Below are positions 50,377 through 59,105 of a stretch of DNA of 64,000 nucleotides, piece by piece; the first letter of the stretch is position 1; each line of letters starts with the position of its first letter. Origin of the DNA: an uncultured Pseudobdellovibrionaceae bacterium (GTDB lineage: Bacteria > Bdellovibrionota > Bdellovibrionia > Bdellovibrionales > UBA1609); contig CAWDNU010000002.1 in NCBI GenBank assembly GCA_963803705.1, positions 32,753 through 96,752 of the forward strand, given 5' to 3'. The position numbers and the translations under genes are program-made. Under the pieces are notes generated by a model. That model was not told the origin of the DNA. It saw only the letters and a program-made list of their open reading frames with translations, and did not search any database.

Positions 50377-52139
50377 TTTTATCACTTATTTTTTTATTAA
50401 AACTTCAAACTTCATGGGCAGATCCACAGGTTAGTAATAGGCCGGATGTTTTGTACGTTCATTACGATCAAAACTTTAATGTTTGGCGAAGAATTAAAAC
50501 AGCACTTAAAGACAAATCTGAAACCTTAGATATTGAAGCAATAGAACAAAACGGGTTGGATGATGTTCTGATGTCTTCTGAATCCAGAAAACCTAAAAAA
50601 GTCTTACTAGTTGAATTGGATTTGGATGATTCAGAACTTGCCTCTGAATTTATCGAAGGTGAAGTTATAACAAGAATTACAGGTCCTAATGGTGGACGGC
50701 TTATTCCGGTTTTCAAAAAAGATCTAATTAGATATTTAAACAAAGGAACTGTTATTGGTGAAACACAAGCCTATAAGCTTTTAGGACGAAGTTCGTGGTA
50801 TTTAGCACCAACAGTTGAGGGGTATGGGGGAGTGTTCTTAAAAAAAATACAGAATATTCCTCTTTATCAAGATAAGGCCGGTCGTGCACTTTTTATGGTG
50901 GACTATTTGCAAAGTGGTCTTAGTTTTTTGCCTGAGGACTTACAAAACATTTTTGTACCTGAACAAATGCGGGTGAGTGTTTCCACCGAAGCTTTTAGAA
51001 AAGATATTTTTGTCTTTAGATCTGCAGAAGCCATTCACAGTTTGGATTCAACGACCCGAATATTTCCCCTTCATGGACTATTAGGAACAAACATCACCGG
51101 TGAGATTCAAAATTTAAAACCTTTGGCAAAACTAAGTGGACTTAGTGAAAAGCAGTGGAAACATAAATATTTATATTCGGAACTTGCTCGAATAACGGCT
51201 TACTTGCATTTGGTTTTAGGTGTTTCTTTAGAAAATCATACGCAAAATGTCTTGGCTGAAGTTGATATGCAATCAGGTGAACTAAAGCGTTTGTTACTGC
51301 GGGATTTAGGTGATGGGGTTATGAATCCCATTGTAAGGTTAGCATGGGGTGGTGATTTAAAAGTATTGAATCAAAGTTGGTCAAAATCTAGATTTAAAAA
51401 TTTGGCTTACCACAGTTGGATTGAACCTACAAAAACAGAGTTAGCAGAGATTGGATTTAATACTGCTGTGTATACAGGGCAAAGTCTAGATAGCCATGGC
51501 AGGACATTTCGGGACCGCTTGGATGGTAATATTGAATTTATAAATAATTATTTAGCTTGGGCGGAAAAAATTATTGATTCAAGAATCAGTTTGTCGGCAA
51601 GTGCGAGGGATGTTTTAGAATCCCTAAAAACAGCTAGAAAGACAGAAGATATTATAGTTTTACAAACGGATACTAAGCGCGGGCGAATAGACAGTGCCGT
51701 TGCATTTATCATTGAAGAGATTTATCAAAAGAGCTTGGATAAATTACTTTCTAAAAAGTTAAGCTTTGGTTTACAGGGCCAATCTACAACATCAGCAAAA
51801 CGTCGACGGTTTCAAAAAGCAATTGCAGAAAACCGTGTTGCCTATGTAAATCAGGAGGCAAGAAATCAGTTAGTCTCACGATTTCAAAAAACCTGGCTAG
51901 GTGAAAAAATCTCAGGACTTTTGCCTGGCAGTCATTTTTTTTCGGGCTTACCAAAAGATGTTAAGCTTGTAGAACGTTCTGGAAAAATTTGGGCTTTGGA
52001 TGAATCTGGAAGTCCAATGGCAGTGGAATTTATTAAACTTTCAGATCTAACCCCTAAAGAGATTAGATCTTACGAAACCAAAGAAATCATTAGAAATGTG
52101 CCTTTTAAATCAAGCTGCTCAAGTTATTTAATCCAATAA
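50373..52139 (+). CDS. Exported IucA/IucC (NIS synthetase, kinase-like fold) domain protein
   Basis: GVSLENHTQNVL and LLLRDLGD motifs; short signal peptide; ATGA-coupled to the ankyrin gene. Confidence 0.65.
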   Translation: MILSLIFLLKLQTSWADPQVSNRPDVLYVHYDQNFNVWRRIKTALKDKSETLDIEAIEQNGLDDVLMSSESRKPKKVLLVELDLDDSELASEFIEGEVITRITGPNGGRLIPVFKKDLIRYLNKGTVIGETQAYKLLGRSSWYLAPTVEGYGGVFLKKIQNIPLYQDKAGRALFMVDYLQSGLSFLPEDLQNIFVPEQMRVSVSTEAFRKDIFVFRSAEAIHSLDSTTRIFPLHGLLGTNITGEIQNLKPLAKLSGLSEKQWKHKYLYSELARITAYLHLVLGVSLENHTQNVLAEVDMQSGELKRLLLRDLGDGVMNPIVRLAWGGDLKVLNQSWSKSRFKNLAYHSWIEPTKTELAEIGFNTAVYTGQSLDSHGRTFRDRLDGNIEFINNYLAWAEKIIDSRISLSASARDVLESLKTARKTEDIIVLQTDTKRGRIDSAVAFIIEEIYQKSLDKLLSKKLSFGLQGQSTTSAKRRRFQKAIAENRVAYVNQEARNQLVSRFQKTWLGEKISGLLPGSHFFSGLPKDVKLVERSGKIWALDESGSPMAVEFIKLSDLTPKEIRSYETKEIIRNVPFKSSCSSYLIQ

Positions 52140-52310
52140 ATCTAGTTATTAACCCTGCCAGTTTTGTACAAATTCATTTCTATAAGGATTGTTCTCGTCT
52201 TCAGAATAAGGGCTTAGGCATTCTAAATGCTTGTTTTTTCTAATGAACGCGGTGCTCTATGTAGTTGCGTGAGGTGATCCAAATGTTTCAGGGTCATACC
52301 GTTTGACGAA

Positions 52311-52387
52311 TGGTAGCGAGGGAGGGACTTGAACCCCCGACACCCGGATTATGATTCCGGTGCTCTAACCAGCTGAGCTACCCCGCC
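52311..52387 (-). tRNA. tRNA with CAT anticodon (elongator tRNA-Met likely; Ile2 not excluded)
   Basis: Reverse complement GGCGGGGTAGCTCAGCTGGTTAGAGCACCGGAATCATAATCCGGGTGTCGGGGGTTCAAGTCCCTCCCTCGCTACCA forms a cloverleaf with encoded CCA. Confidence 0.95.
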
Positions 52388-52483
52388 ATTAAATTCTAAA
52401 TTTTGCGCAAAATTAGATGCGAAAATCAAAGCTTAGTTTTATGGATTTTCCTTTTTTAAGTCAATAAATGTCAGCTTTTAAAT

Positions 52484-53038
52484 CTATTTAAAATTATTGA
52501 TCAGCTCTAAGCAGGTCTTTATTTTGTCATCCCAGTTCAGCGTGTAAGGTACGAAGTGATAATTACTATGTGGTCGCCAAATTTCAGCTAATTTTTGCTC
52601 CATTTTAAGGCTGGTTTGTTGGTTTTCCGGCCGAAACGAAGTGTTTTGATAGTCACTGCTGTGAGCAACGCCAAGTTGAATGATTAAATCATATTCTTTC
52701 CTAGTGTCCGCGATATCAATTTTCATTTTATCTGCAAAACTCTGCCAGGTATCTGGCCAGTAGCATAGCCCATCGAGTAAACCTCGATCAAACAGCAGGA
52801 TCTCGGCGTTTGGATTTATGGTTGGCGAAATTTCTGCCAAAGCCTTCTGCAAATGAAAAATAGCGTACTGCCGTTCAGTTAATCCTACACTATCTTCCAA
52901 CCGAGGAAAGCCTCCTCTAAAAATCATTTCAGCAGCTTCCGGGCAAACGTGAATTTTGGTGCTATAAAATGCTTTAAGGTGATGACTAAGCGTTGATTTG
53001 CCTGAAGATGGTCCACCTGTTAATACAACTTTGTACAT
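52484..53038 (-). CDS. NadR/AAA_28-like P-loop kinase/ATPase
   Basis: MYKVVLTGGPSSGKST, PEAA, DRGLLDG..YWP. Confidence 0.8.
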   Translation of the reverse strand: MYKVVLTGGPSSGKSTLSHHLKAFYSTKIHVCPEAAEMIFRGGFPRLEDSVGLTERQYAIFHLQKALAEISPTINPNAEILLFDRGLLDGLCYWPDTWQSFADKMKIDIADTRKEYDLIIQLGVAHSSDYQNTSFRPENQQTSLKMEQKLAEIWRPHSNYHFVPYTLNWDDKIKTCLELINNFK

Positions 53039-53219
53039 ACTTATTAAGTAGGCGAGGCTTTGTAATTTTTCAACCACAGAAATTAAAAAAAGCATTTTTC
53101 ACGTTTATCTGGTACCACATTTAAATCTGATTTTGTATCTGCCTACTAAAGGTCGATATAAATTAGCAATTCTTTCAACGCCAAGGTAGACGCTAAAAAA
53201 GATAAAAGGAGCATCCCCA

Positions 53220-54665
53220 TTGTCAATTTTCAATTATGGTTTTGATGCTCAGTCCTTGTTTTCATATGAGGCCTTACAAGCTTTAGTCGGTTTTGTCTGG
53301 GACTGGCCTTTGTTGCTTCTTATTTCATGCGTCAGTATTTACCTTCTTATTTTGTCCAAAGCATTACCCTTAAAGCATTTTTTACTGGCCTGGAAGCTCG
53401 TGTTCGGGCGTGTAAAATTAAAATCTGTTGATGATTTGGAACCAAAGCCTGTGGCTTTAAATGGTGCAATCACTGAAAGTGAAGCTCCACTTCAGGGTCA
53501 AATCTCCCAGTTTAAGGCATTGACTATAGCTGTTGGTTCAACTGTAGGAATGGGAAATATCGCAGGCGTAGCTTTAGCATTAGAGCGTGGTGGACCGGGT
53601 GCCATTTTTTGGATGTGGATGGCAGGGCTTATTGGTATGAATACAAAGTTTTTTGAATGCACTCTTTCATTGATGTTTAGATCAAAGGATACCAAAGGTG
53701 AAGTGCAAGGTGGACCTATGTACTATATCCCCCATGCATTCAAAAGCAAAAAATTAGGCTTAATTATGACTTACATTTTTGTGACCGGTGGACTGTTGGG
53801 GACTTCAGAGCCCTATCAAGCAAGTCAGCTTTCATCATTTGTAAACAAAGAATTTAGCATAGACCCTTACATATCAGGTGCTTTTGTTTTTTTCTTGGTG
53901 GGCTATATTCTTTGGGGTGGCCTTAAAAGGCTTTCTAATTGGACGGCAACTATAGTACCAGTTATGTGCTGGGCCTATATCGTTTTATCCCTGTACATAA
54001 TAATTAGTAATTTTGATAAAGTTGGTGATGTATTTGGAATGATATTCACTGGGGCCTTTTCGCCGCAAAGTTTAGGTGGAGGTTTGGCAGGTTATAGTGT
54101 TTACCATGTTTTCAAACAAGGACTTCAGCGAGCCGCATTTTCAAACGAAGCAGGGATGGGAACCGCGCCAATGGCACATGGGAATGCTATCACTGACGAA
54201 CCTTTATCCGAGGGTTTTGTGGCTATGCTGGGGCCCTTTATTGATACTGTGATCATATGCACTTTATCGGCGCTTGTCTTAATGATAGCAACACCTTTGG
54301 GTGATTTTGGCGAACTTAAACATATTCAGTGGGTGAGCGCTGTTTACCAAGATTACTATGGTGACTTTGGTAAGTATATTTTATTTATGATAATTTCATT
54401 GTTTTCTTTAACCACCATTATCGGTATGGCTAGCTATAACGAAAAGTGTTGGATGTACTTGTTTGGGAAAGTTAAGTATTTATCCTCTAGGCCAATATTT
54501 ATACTTTTTTATTGTGCATGCCTATTTTTAGGATGTGTGAAATCCGGGGATTTTGCCATTGCTATCATTGATTTGGGTTTTGGTGTTATGGCTTATGTGA
54601 ATTTAATAACTGTTGCTATCTTGGCACCTCAAGTGGCGCGAAGGTTAAAAAAATTAAACCTATAA
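53220..54665 (+). CDS. Alanine/glycine:cation symporter (AGCS)
   Basis: STVGMGNIAGVA, GGPGAIFWMW, GGPMYY, FSNEAGMG. Confidence 0.93.
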   Translation: MSIFNYGFDAQSLFSYEALQALVGFVWDWPLLLLISCVSIYLLILSKALPLKHFLLAWKLVFGRVKLKSVDDLEPKPVALNGAITESEAPLQGQISQFKALTIAVGSTVGMGNIAGVALALERGGPGAIFWMWMAGLIGMNTKFFECTLSLMFRSKDTKGEVQGGPMYYIPHAFKSKKLGLIMTYIFVTGGLLGTSEPYQASQLSSFVNKEFSIDPYISGAFVFFLVGYILWGGLKRLSNWTATIVPVMCWAYIVLSLYIIISNFDKVGDVFGMIFTGAFSPQSLGGGLAGYSVYHVFKQGLQRAAFSNEAGMGTAPMAHGNAITDEPLSEGFVAMLGPFIDTVIICTLSALVLMIATPLGDFGELKHIQWVSAVYQDYYGDFGKYILFMIISLFSLTTIIGMASYNEKCWMYLFGKVKYLSSRPIFILFYCACLFLGCVKSGDFAIAIIDLGFGVMAYVNLITVAILAPQVARRLKKLNL

Positions 54666-54672
54666 TATTTTG

Positions 54673-55383
54673 TTAAGCGACTTTATGATCTGGACCATAA
54701 TCTAAACCTTTGAGGCGCACCCCAAAGATTTCATCAACAGATACTTTTTTGTGACCTTCAATAATGCTTTGTCTAATAAGCTCTTTTACCTGATTTTTTT
54801 CTTTGTCTTCCATATTTAAAAATTCTATACCGAAGTGGTCAAATCTTTGCACAGGTGACATTGCCTCTTTATCATTTTTTGAGACCGGTGCTGGCCTACT
54901 TATTTTTCTGACGACCGTAGCATTGAAGTTTAATGATTCAAGCTTTTGATCCGGAGCCGAGTAAAGGTGAATTTTGATGGTGACATTTTCCATAATTGAG
55001 TGGCGATTAATCTTTATCATCATCCCCGACGTGCTCATGTCGCAAGTAGCAGCTTTGAACATCCTACCATCACAAATAACCGCTATCTCTGCTGTAAGTG
55101 GCACTCGGATAGATTTTCTTAAGGGGATATCGGTATTTAGGTTAATGTCGTGCTCTTTTAAAAACAATTTTGTTTTCATTTTAGAAAACATGTCGCATTC
55201 ACTCATTTTGTGCCAAGACCCGTGTCCCAACAAAGTGATTTCCTCGTGCATCGAAACGTCTTCTTTTTCAATAAGAATACAAACTTCGGTGTAAGAGTAG
55301 GGACCTGTCTCTTTATCCTTTATTTTTATATACCAGTTTTTAACAAAAGGGTCTGACAACTGATCTTTTTCAACTTCAAACAT
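54673..55383 (-). CDS. GYF_2 + PilZ domain protein
   Basis: WYIK....ETGPYS (GYF_2); RKSIR and DMSTSG (PilZ c-di-GMP motifs); FGIEF. Confidence 0.82.
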   Translation of the reverse strand: MFEVEKDQLSDPFVKNWYIKIKDKETGPYSYTEVCILIEKEDVSMHEEITLLGHGSWHKMSECDMFSKMKTKLFLKEHDINLNTDIPLRKSIRVPLTAEIAVICDGRMFKAATCDMSTSGMMIKINRHSIMENVTIKIHLYSAPDQKLESLNFNATVVRKISRPAPVSKNDKEAMSPVQRFDHFGIEFLNMEDKEKNQVKELIRQSIIEGHKKVSVDEIFGVRLKGLDYGPDHKVA

Positions 55384-55596
55384 TAATGACTCCTTACTAT
55401 GACTTAATGAATATCGGACAGCTCTTAAAAATAATTAACGTCTTTATAAATTTGAAACAGTTAAAAGCCTTTTATATCTACCGATTTCAGAATGGGTCTA
55501 ACGAAAATTTGAATTTGGCTCAAAACGAGTCAGTCTTAGGGCTAGATTTAGCCTTCATAAGAAATGTTTTAGTTAAACTTACCGATACAAAATGTA

Positions 55597-57093
55597 ATGA
55601 GTTTTCAAAAACGGGCTATTCTTCTTTTGGTAGTTTTTTTGCTAGGACCTGGCTCCTTTTTAAATGCTATGGAAATCATATTTGGTCGCAAATACCCAAT
55701 TAGTCAAAAAGCTGCTTCCAACGAGCTGGTTTGGAAGTCTATAGAATTTGAAAAAGACCCGACAGGAAAAGTGATTTATAAGCTTGAAGCTAGTCATCCA
55801 AATGGTAAAAAATTATCTTATCTTAAAGGAAAAGACTACTTGGTTTCTGAAGATATACAGAAAAATATGGTTCGTAGTTTCGAGATTAAAGTCCCTGAGG
55901 TTGAATTTGATAGTTCGAAAAATGTTATATACGAAATTTCTTTACCTTACGATTTTAAGACACGTTATCTGCCCCTAAAGTTTGAAAAAGCTGGGGGCTA
56001 CCAAGAAATAGTTTTAAGACTAAGATTTGGTGATTACAAATTTATGCTAGCCAGCAGAGTTTTAAATAATGTGTCTAATATTGAAAGCGCACCAACCATG
56101 GCTTCTGCTAAAGAAGTAGATGATTTGTTCTTGAAGCGTTCTCAGCTCAAAAAAAGAGCTCCGAAGCTGGTTGAAAAAATCGAGGTTGCGGATGTGCAGG
56201 TTGATGATATCTACAATGCTCTGAGACAAGACTTGAATATCGAAACTCAAATTGGGACTAAATCCGAAATAGCAAACAACAATGCTATGGGCTCTCAAGT
56301 CCCAGATGAAGTCGATGCGCTTTTAGATAAGTATCTTCCAACTGAAGAAGAAACTAAATCGGTTGTTAACCCAACTCAAGGTTATGCAGTGAACCCGAAA
56401 AGCCTGGCTGGTTCCAAAAATTCTTTGAATAGTAATGCTAAGGAGTCAGTTCAAAATAAACAACTTATCCCAGGGTCTTTCAATTCCAGTGCCCAACAAA
56501 ACATTATTAATAATCCTACCACTGATTCTGACTACCAAGCGTACGTAGATGATTTTACAAAAGTCGAAAGTAAAGCAGATTTTAATCCTAATGCTTCCAT
56601 TGATGAAATCATTGCTCAAGCAGAGGGCGCGCCTGTCGAAAGCAAATACGGAACAGTAGAAAGCTCTTCTAAAAAAGGGCTAAGCACTGCGGTAAAAACT
56701 GGAAGAGGCCTGGCTGAAAATTCCACCAAAGAGGAAATACAAGTCACAGGCCAAGGGACTAAGGCTGGTGAAATTACAGGTGGTGATGTAGAAATTGAAG
56801 AAAAACCAGTCCGCAGGGCAGTAAAAAAACGAGCTTACATTGCTCCTGTAAACACCAACGAACTTTTTGGTTTGCCAGATGACAATTGGACCGAAACTAA
56901 AACGGCGCCCGTTTTTGTGATGAAACCAAAAGCTAGATCCAAAAAAAGAAAGACTGCTTCTTTCGCGCCTCCGGCAAGAAACAACTTTGTAGAGTGGACC
57001 CCTCCAAACGCTTCAAAGCTTAAGAAAAATAAAAACATCAATGACTTGTTTGGCGAGCAACTTAAGGCTGATCAAAATGTCTTTGGTTTTTAA
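55597..57093 (+). CDS. Hypothetical secreted protein with a low-complexity C-terminal half
   Basis: Signal peptide; beta-rich N-terminal region; S/N/E/K-rich tail. Confidence 0.65.
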   Translation: MSFQKRAILLLVVFLLGPGSFLNAMEIIFGRKYPISQKAASNELVWKSIEFEKDPTGKVIYKLEASHPNGKKLSYLKGKDYLVSEDIQKNMVRSFEIKVPEVEFDSSKNVIYEISLPYDFKTRYLPLKFEKAGGYQEIVLRLRFGDYKFMLASRVLNNVSNIESAPTMASAKEVDDLFLKRSQLKKRAPKLVEKIEVADVQVDDIYNALRQDLNIETQIGTKSEIANNNAMGSQVPDEVDALLDKYLPTEEETKSVVNPTQGYAVNPKSLAGSKNSLNSNAKESVQNKQLIPGSFNSSAQQNIINNPTTDSDYQAYVDDFTKVESKADFNPNASIDEIIAQAEGAPVESKYGTVESSSKKGLSTAVKTGRGLAENSTKEEIQVTGQGTKAGEITGGDVEIEEKPVRRAVKKRAYIAPVNTNELFGLPDDNWTETKTAPVFVMKPKARSKKRKTASFAPPARNNFVEWTPPNASKLKKNKNINDLFGEQLKADQNVFGF

Positions 57094-57748
57094 TCTCTTG
57101 CTTGGTCTGACAGTATCCACAACCGATTACTCTAAAGGTTTAAATTATGACTACGAATCTGTTCGCGCAGAAAGCTACGGTTTAGAAACTACTTTAGAAT
57201 TAGATGATAAGTACTTCGCCGCATTTGATTTGAAGCGGTTGGCCGGTAACGTTCAGAGTAGCACGGGACTGTTGAATGTTTTTGGCTGGAATTACACCCA
57301 TGATGTGGCACAATTAAAGCTTGGGTTTCATCTTGATAAGCGGTCCAGCTTTTATTTTGCGCCAACTCTACACTATTTTCCAATTTTATTTCCAACTCAA
57401 GTCGGAGCACTTTCTTCTACTGCCGCCTTTGAAAAGACGCTCACTTATGGTTTAGCCGTTGGATATAAAGCCTTATACCGAATTGAAAAGATCGACTTAA
57501 AATTAGATGCGAATTTGAGCTATTTAGATTTTGCTAGTTCTGACTATGATAGCAACTACAGTTTTGCATTTGATATTGATGTAAATCCTACTTACGAAGT
57601 TAGCAAAAAAATGAACGTCGGGATTAACTATAATCTTCTTGCAGGGCAGACTAGTGTGACAGAGAACATCACTGGTTCACAGTTTCCTTTTAAAACAACC
57701 TATTTTTTGCACAATTTCTTTTTAACATTTGAATACACATTGCAGTAA
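57077..57748 (+). CDS. Hypothetical outer-membrane beta-barrel protein
   Basis: Likely start MSLVFNLLLG; alternating hydrophobic strands; C-terminal FEYTLQ. Confidence 0.55.
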   Translation: MSLVFNLLLGLTVSTTDYSKGLNYDYESVRAESYGLETTLELDDKYFAAFDLKRLAGNVQSSTGLLNVFGWNYTHDVAQLKLGFHLDKRSSFYFAPTLHYFPILFPTQVGALSSTAAFEKTLTYGLAVGYKALYRIEKIDLKLDANLSYLDFASSDYDSNYSFAFDIDVNPTYEVSKKMNVGINYNLLAGQTSVTENITGSQFPFKTTYFLHNFFLTFEYTLQ

Positions 57749-57829
57749 GCCTTTGACCACAATGGATTTCATAGCAAGAATAGTAGACAGGACACTATTT
57801 CTTATCGGCTATAAACAACACTTGAGGTC

Positions 57830-58579
57830 TTGATGGCAGTTATTTCGATTATAAATCAGAAGGGTGGGGTTGCAAAAACGACAACAGCTGTGAATTTAGC
57901 TTACGAATGGTCTTCGATGGGAAAGAAAGTTCTTTTGATCGATTTAGACCCTCAGGCTTCAGCAACCAAATCCGTATTTGGTGATTTAGATTTTGATTAC
58001 ACTTCTTATGATGTAGTTACTCATAATGCTTCTGTAAAGCAGTCTGTTCAGCATTCTGAGAAGTTTGGGATAGACATGATTCCAGGTGAAATTATGTTAA
58101 GTGGCATAGATATCAAGTTAGCTGCTCAATTTGGCCGCGAGAAATATCTAAAAAGAAGTTTAATGTCTGTCCGATCAAAATACGATGCGATTATTATAGA
58201 CTGTTCACCAACGCTTGGGCTACTTACCGTGAACGCCTTGATCGCTTCAGATGAGATTGTGATTCCAATTTGTCCAGAATACTTTTCGCTAAAAGGAATA
58301 GAATTGATTTTAGACACAATCAATAACATTAGGTCCGGGTTAGGCCACACTATAAAAATAAAGGGCATAGTTATCACTCGTTATAAAGGACGAAAAGTTA
58401 TTCAATCTGTCATAGAGCGTGTCGAAGAGACCTACGGTCTTAAAGTTTTCAAAGATTATATCCCTGACAATATTGCAGTTGAAGAGGCCCACCACGTTCA
58501 TCTACCGGTAAGGAAGCACAACCCAGATTGTAAGGCTGCAGAAGCTTACAAGAACTTAGCCAGAGCTTTGTGGAGGTGA
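57830..58579 (+). CDS. ParA/Soj-family ATPase
   Basis: NQKGGVAKTTT, LIDLDPQ, IIDCSPTLG. Confidence 0.92.
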   Translation: MMAVISIINQKGGVAKTTTAVNLAYEWSSMGKKVLLIDLDPQASATKSVFGDLDFDYTSYDVVTHNASVKQSVQHSEKFGIDMIPGEIMLSGIDIKLAAQFGREKYLKRSLMSVRSKYDAIIIDCSPTLGLLTVNALIASDEIVIPICPEYFSLKGIELILDTINNIRSGLGHTIKIKGIVITRYKGRKVIQSVIERVEETYGLKVFKDYIPDNIAVEEAHHVHLPVRKHNPDCKAAEAYKNLARALWR

Positions 58580-58584
58580 CCTAA

Positions 58585-59046
58585 GTGGCAGGAAAAATGA
58601 ATCCACTTTTTCAAGATTCTACAGTCTCTAGTGGTACAAATATTAGAACTCAATTTGAACTAAAAAAGGCTTTCATTGATGAAGGTGAAAAGATTTTTAT
58701 TTCTTTGTTAGAGCAATCAATAAATAAATTTATCGAGCTTAAGTGTTTAGACGCTAAAACGGGTACCTATTCGTGTTCAGTTTGGCTCAAACACAAACAG
58801 GATATTAAATACCAATTTTTTGTAAAATCTGCAGGTAAAATAAAGTCTGTGTCTGAACTTAAGACTGGATTTGCTATGTATACTATTCTTGAAACCTGGC
58901 GAGCTGAAGATGATTTGGTTTTACTAGAAGAGTTTTCTGCCTACGTTGCTGCTAGCCCAGAAAGTGCATTCACTGAAGAGGCTGAAGGCCAATGCGCTTC
59001 CAGCGAAGACATGATCGAAAACCTTATTGAGAAATGGGGCCTTTAA
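58585..59046 (+). CDS. Hypothetical protein co-transcribed with the ParA gene
   Basis: GGAGG RBS; 5 bp after the ParA stop; acidic C-terminal helix. Confidence 0.6.
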   Translation: MAGKMNPLFQDSTVSSGTNIRTQFELKKAFIDEGEKIFISLLEQSINKFIELKCLDAKTGTYSCSVWLKHKQDIKYQFFVKSAGKIKSVSELKTGFAMYTILETWRAEDDLVLLEEFSAYVAASPESAFTEEAEGQCASSEDMIENLIEKWGL

Positions 59047-59105
59047 AGGTAGGCATGGCCCAAAATTTGCCTTATAAGTCTTAAATTCAGACTATAAAGG
59101 CTCGT

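Noticed and set aside
45500..52310. Prophage or intact integrative element
   Set aside because: No integrase, phage structural or conjugation genes, and no duplicated tRNA 3' end was found.
55386..55703. 105-aa ORF between the PilZ gene and the secreted protein
   Set aside because: Occupies a divergent promoter region, overlaps the next CDS out of frame and has no recognisable motifs.
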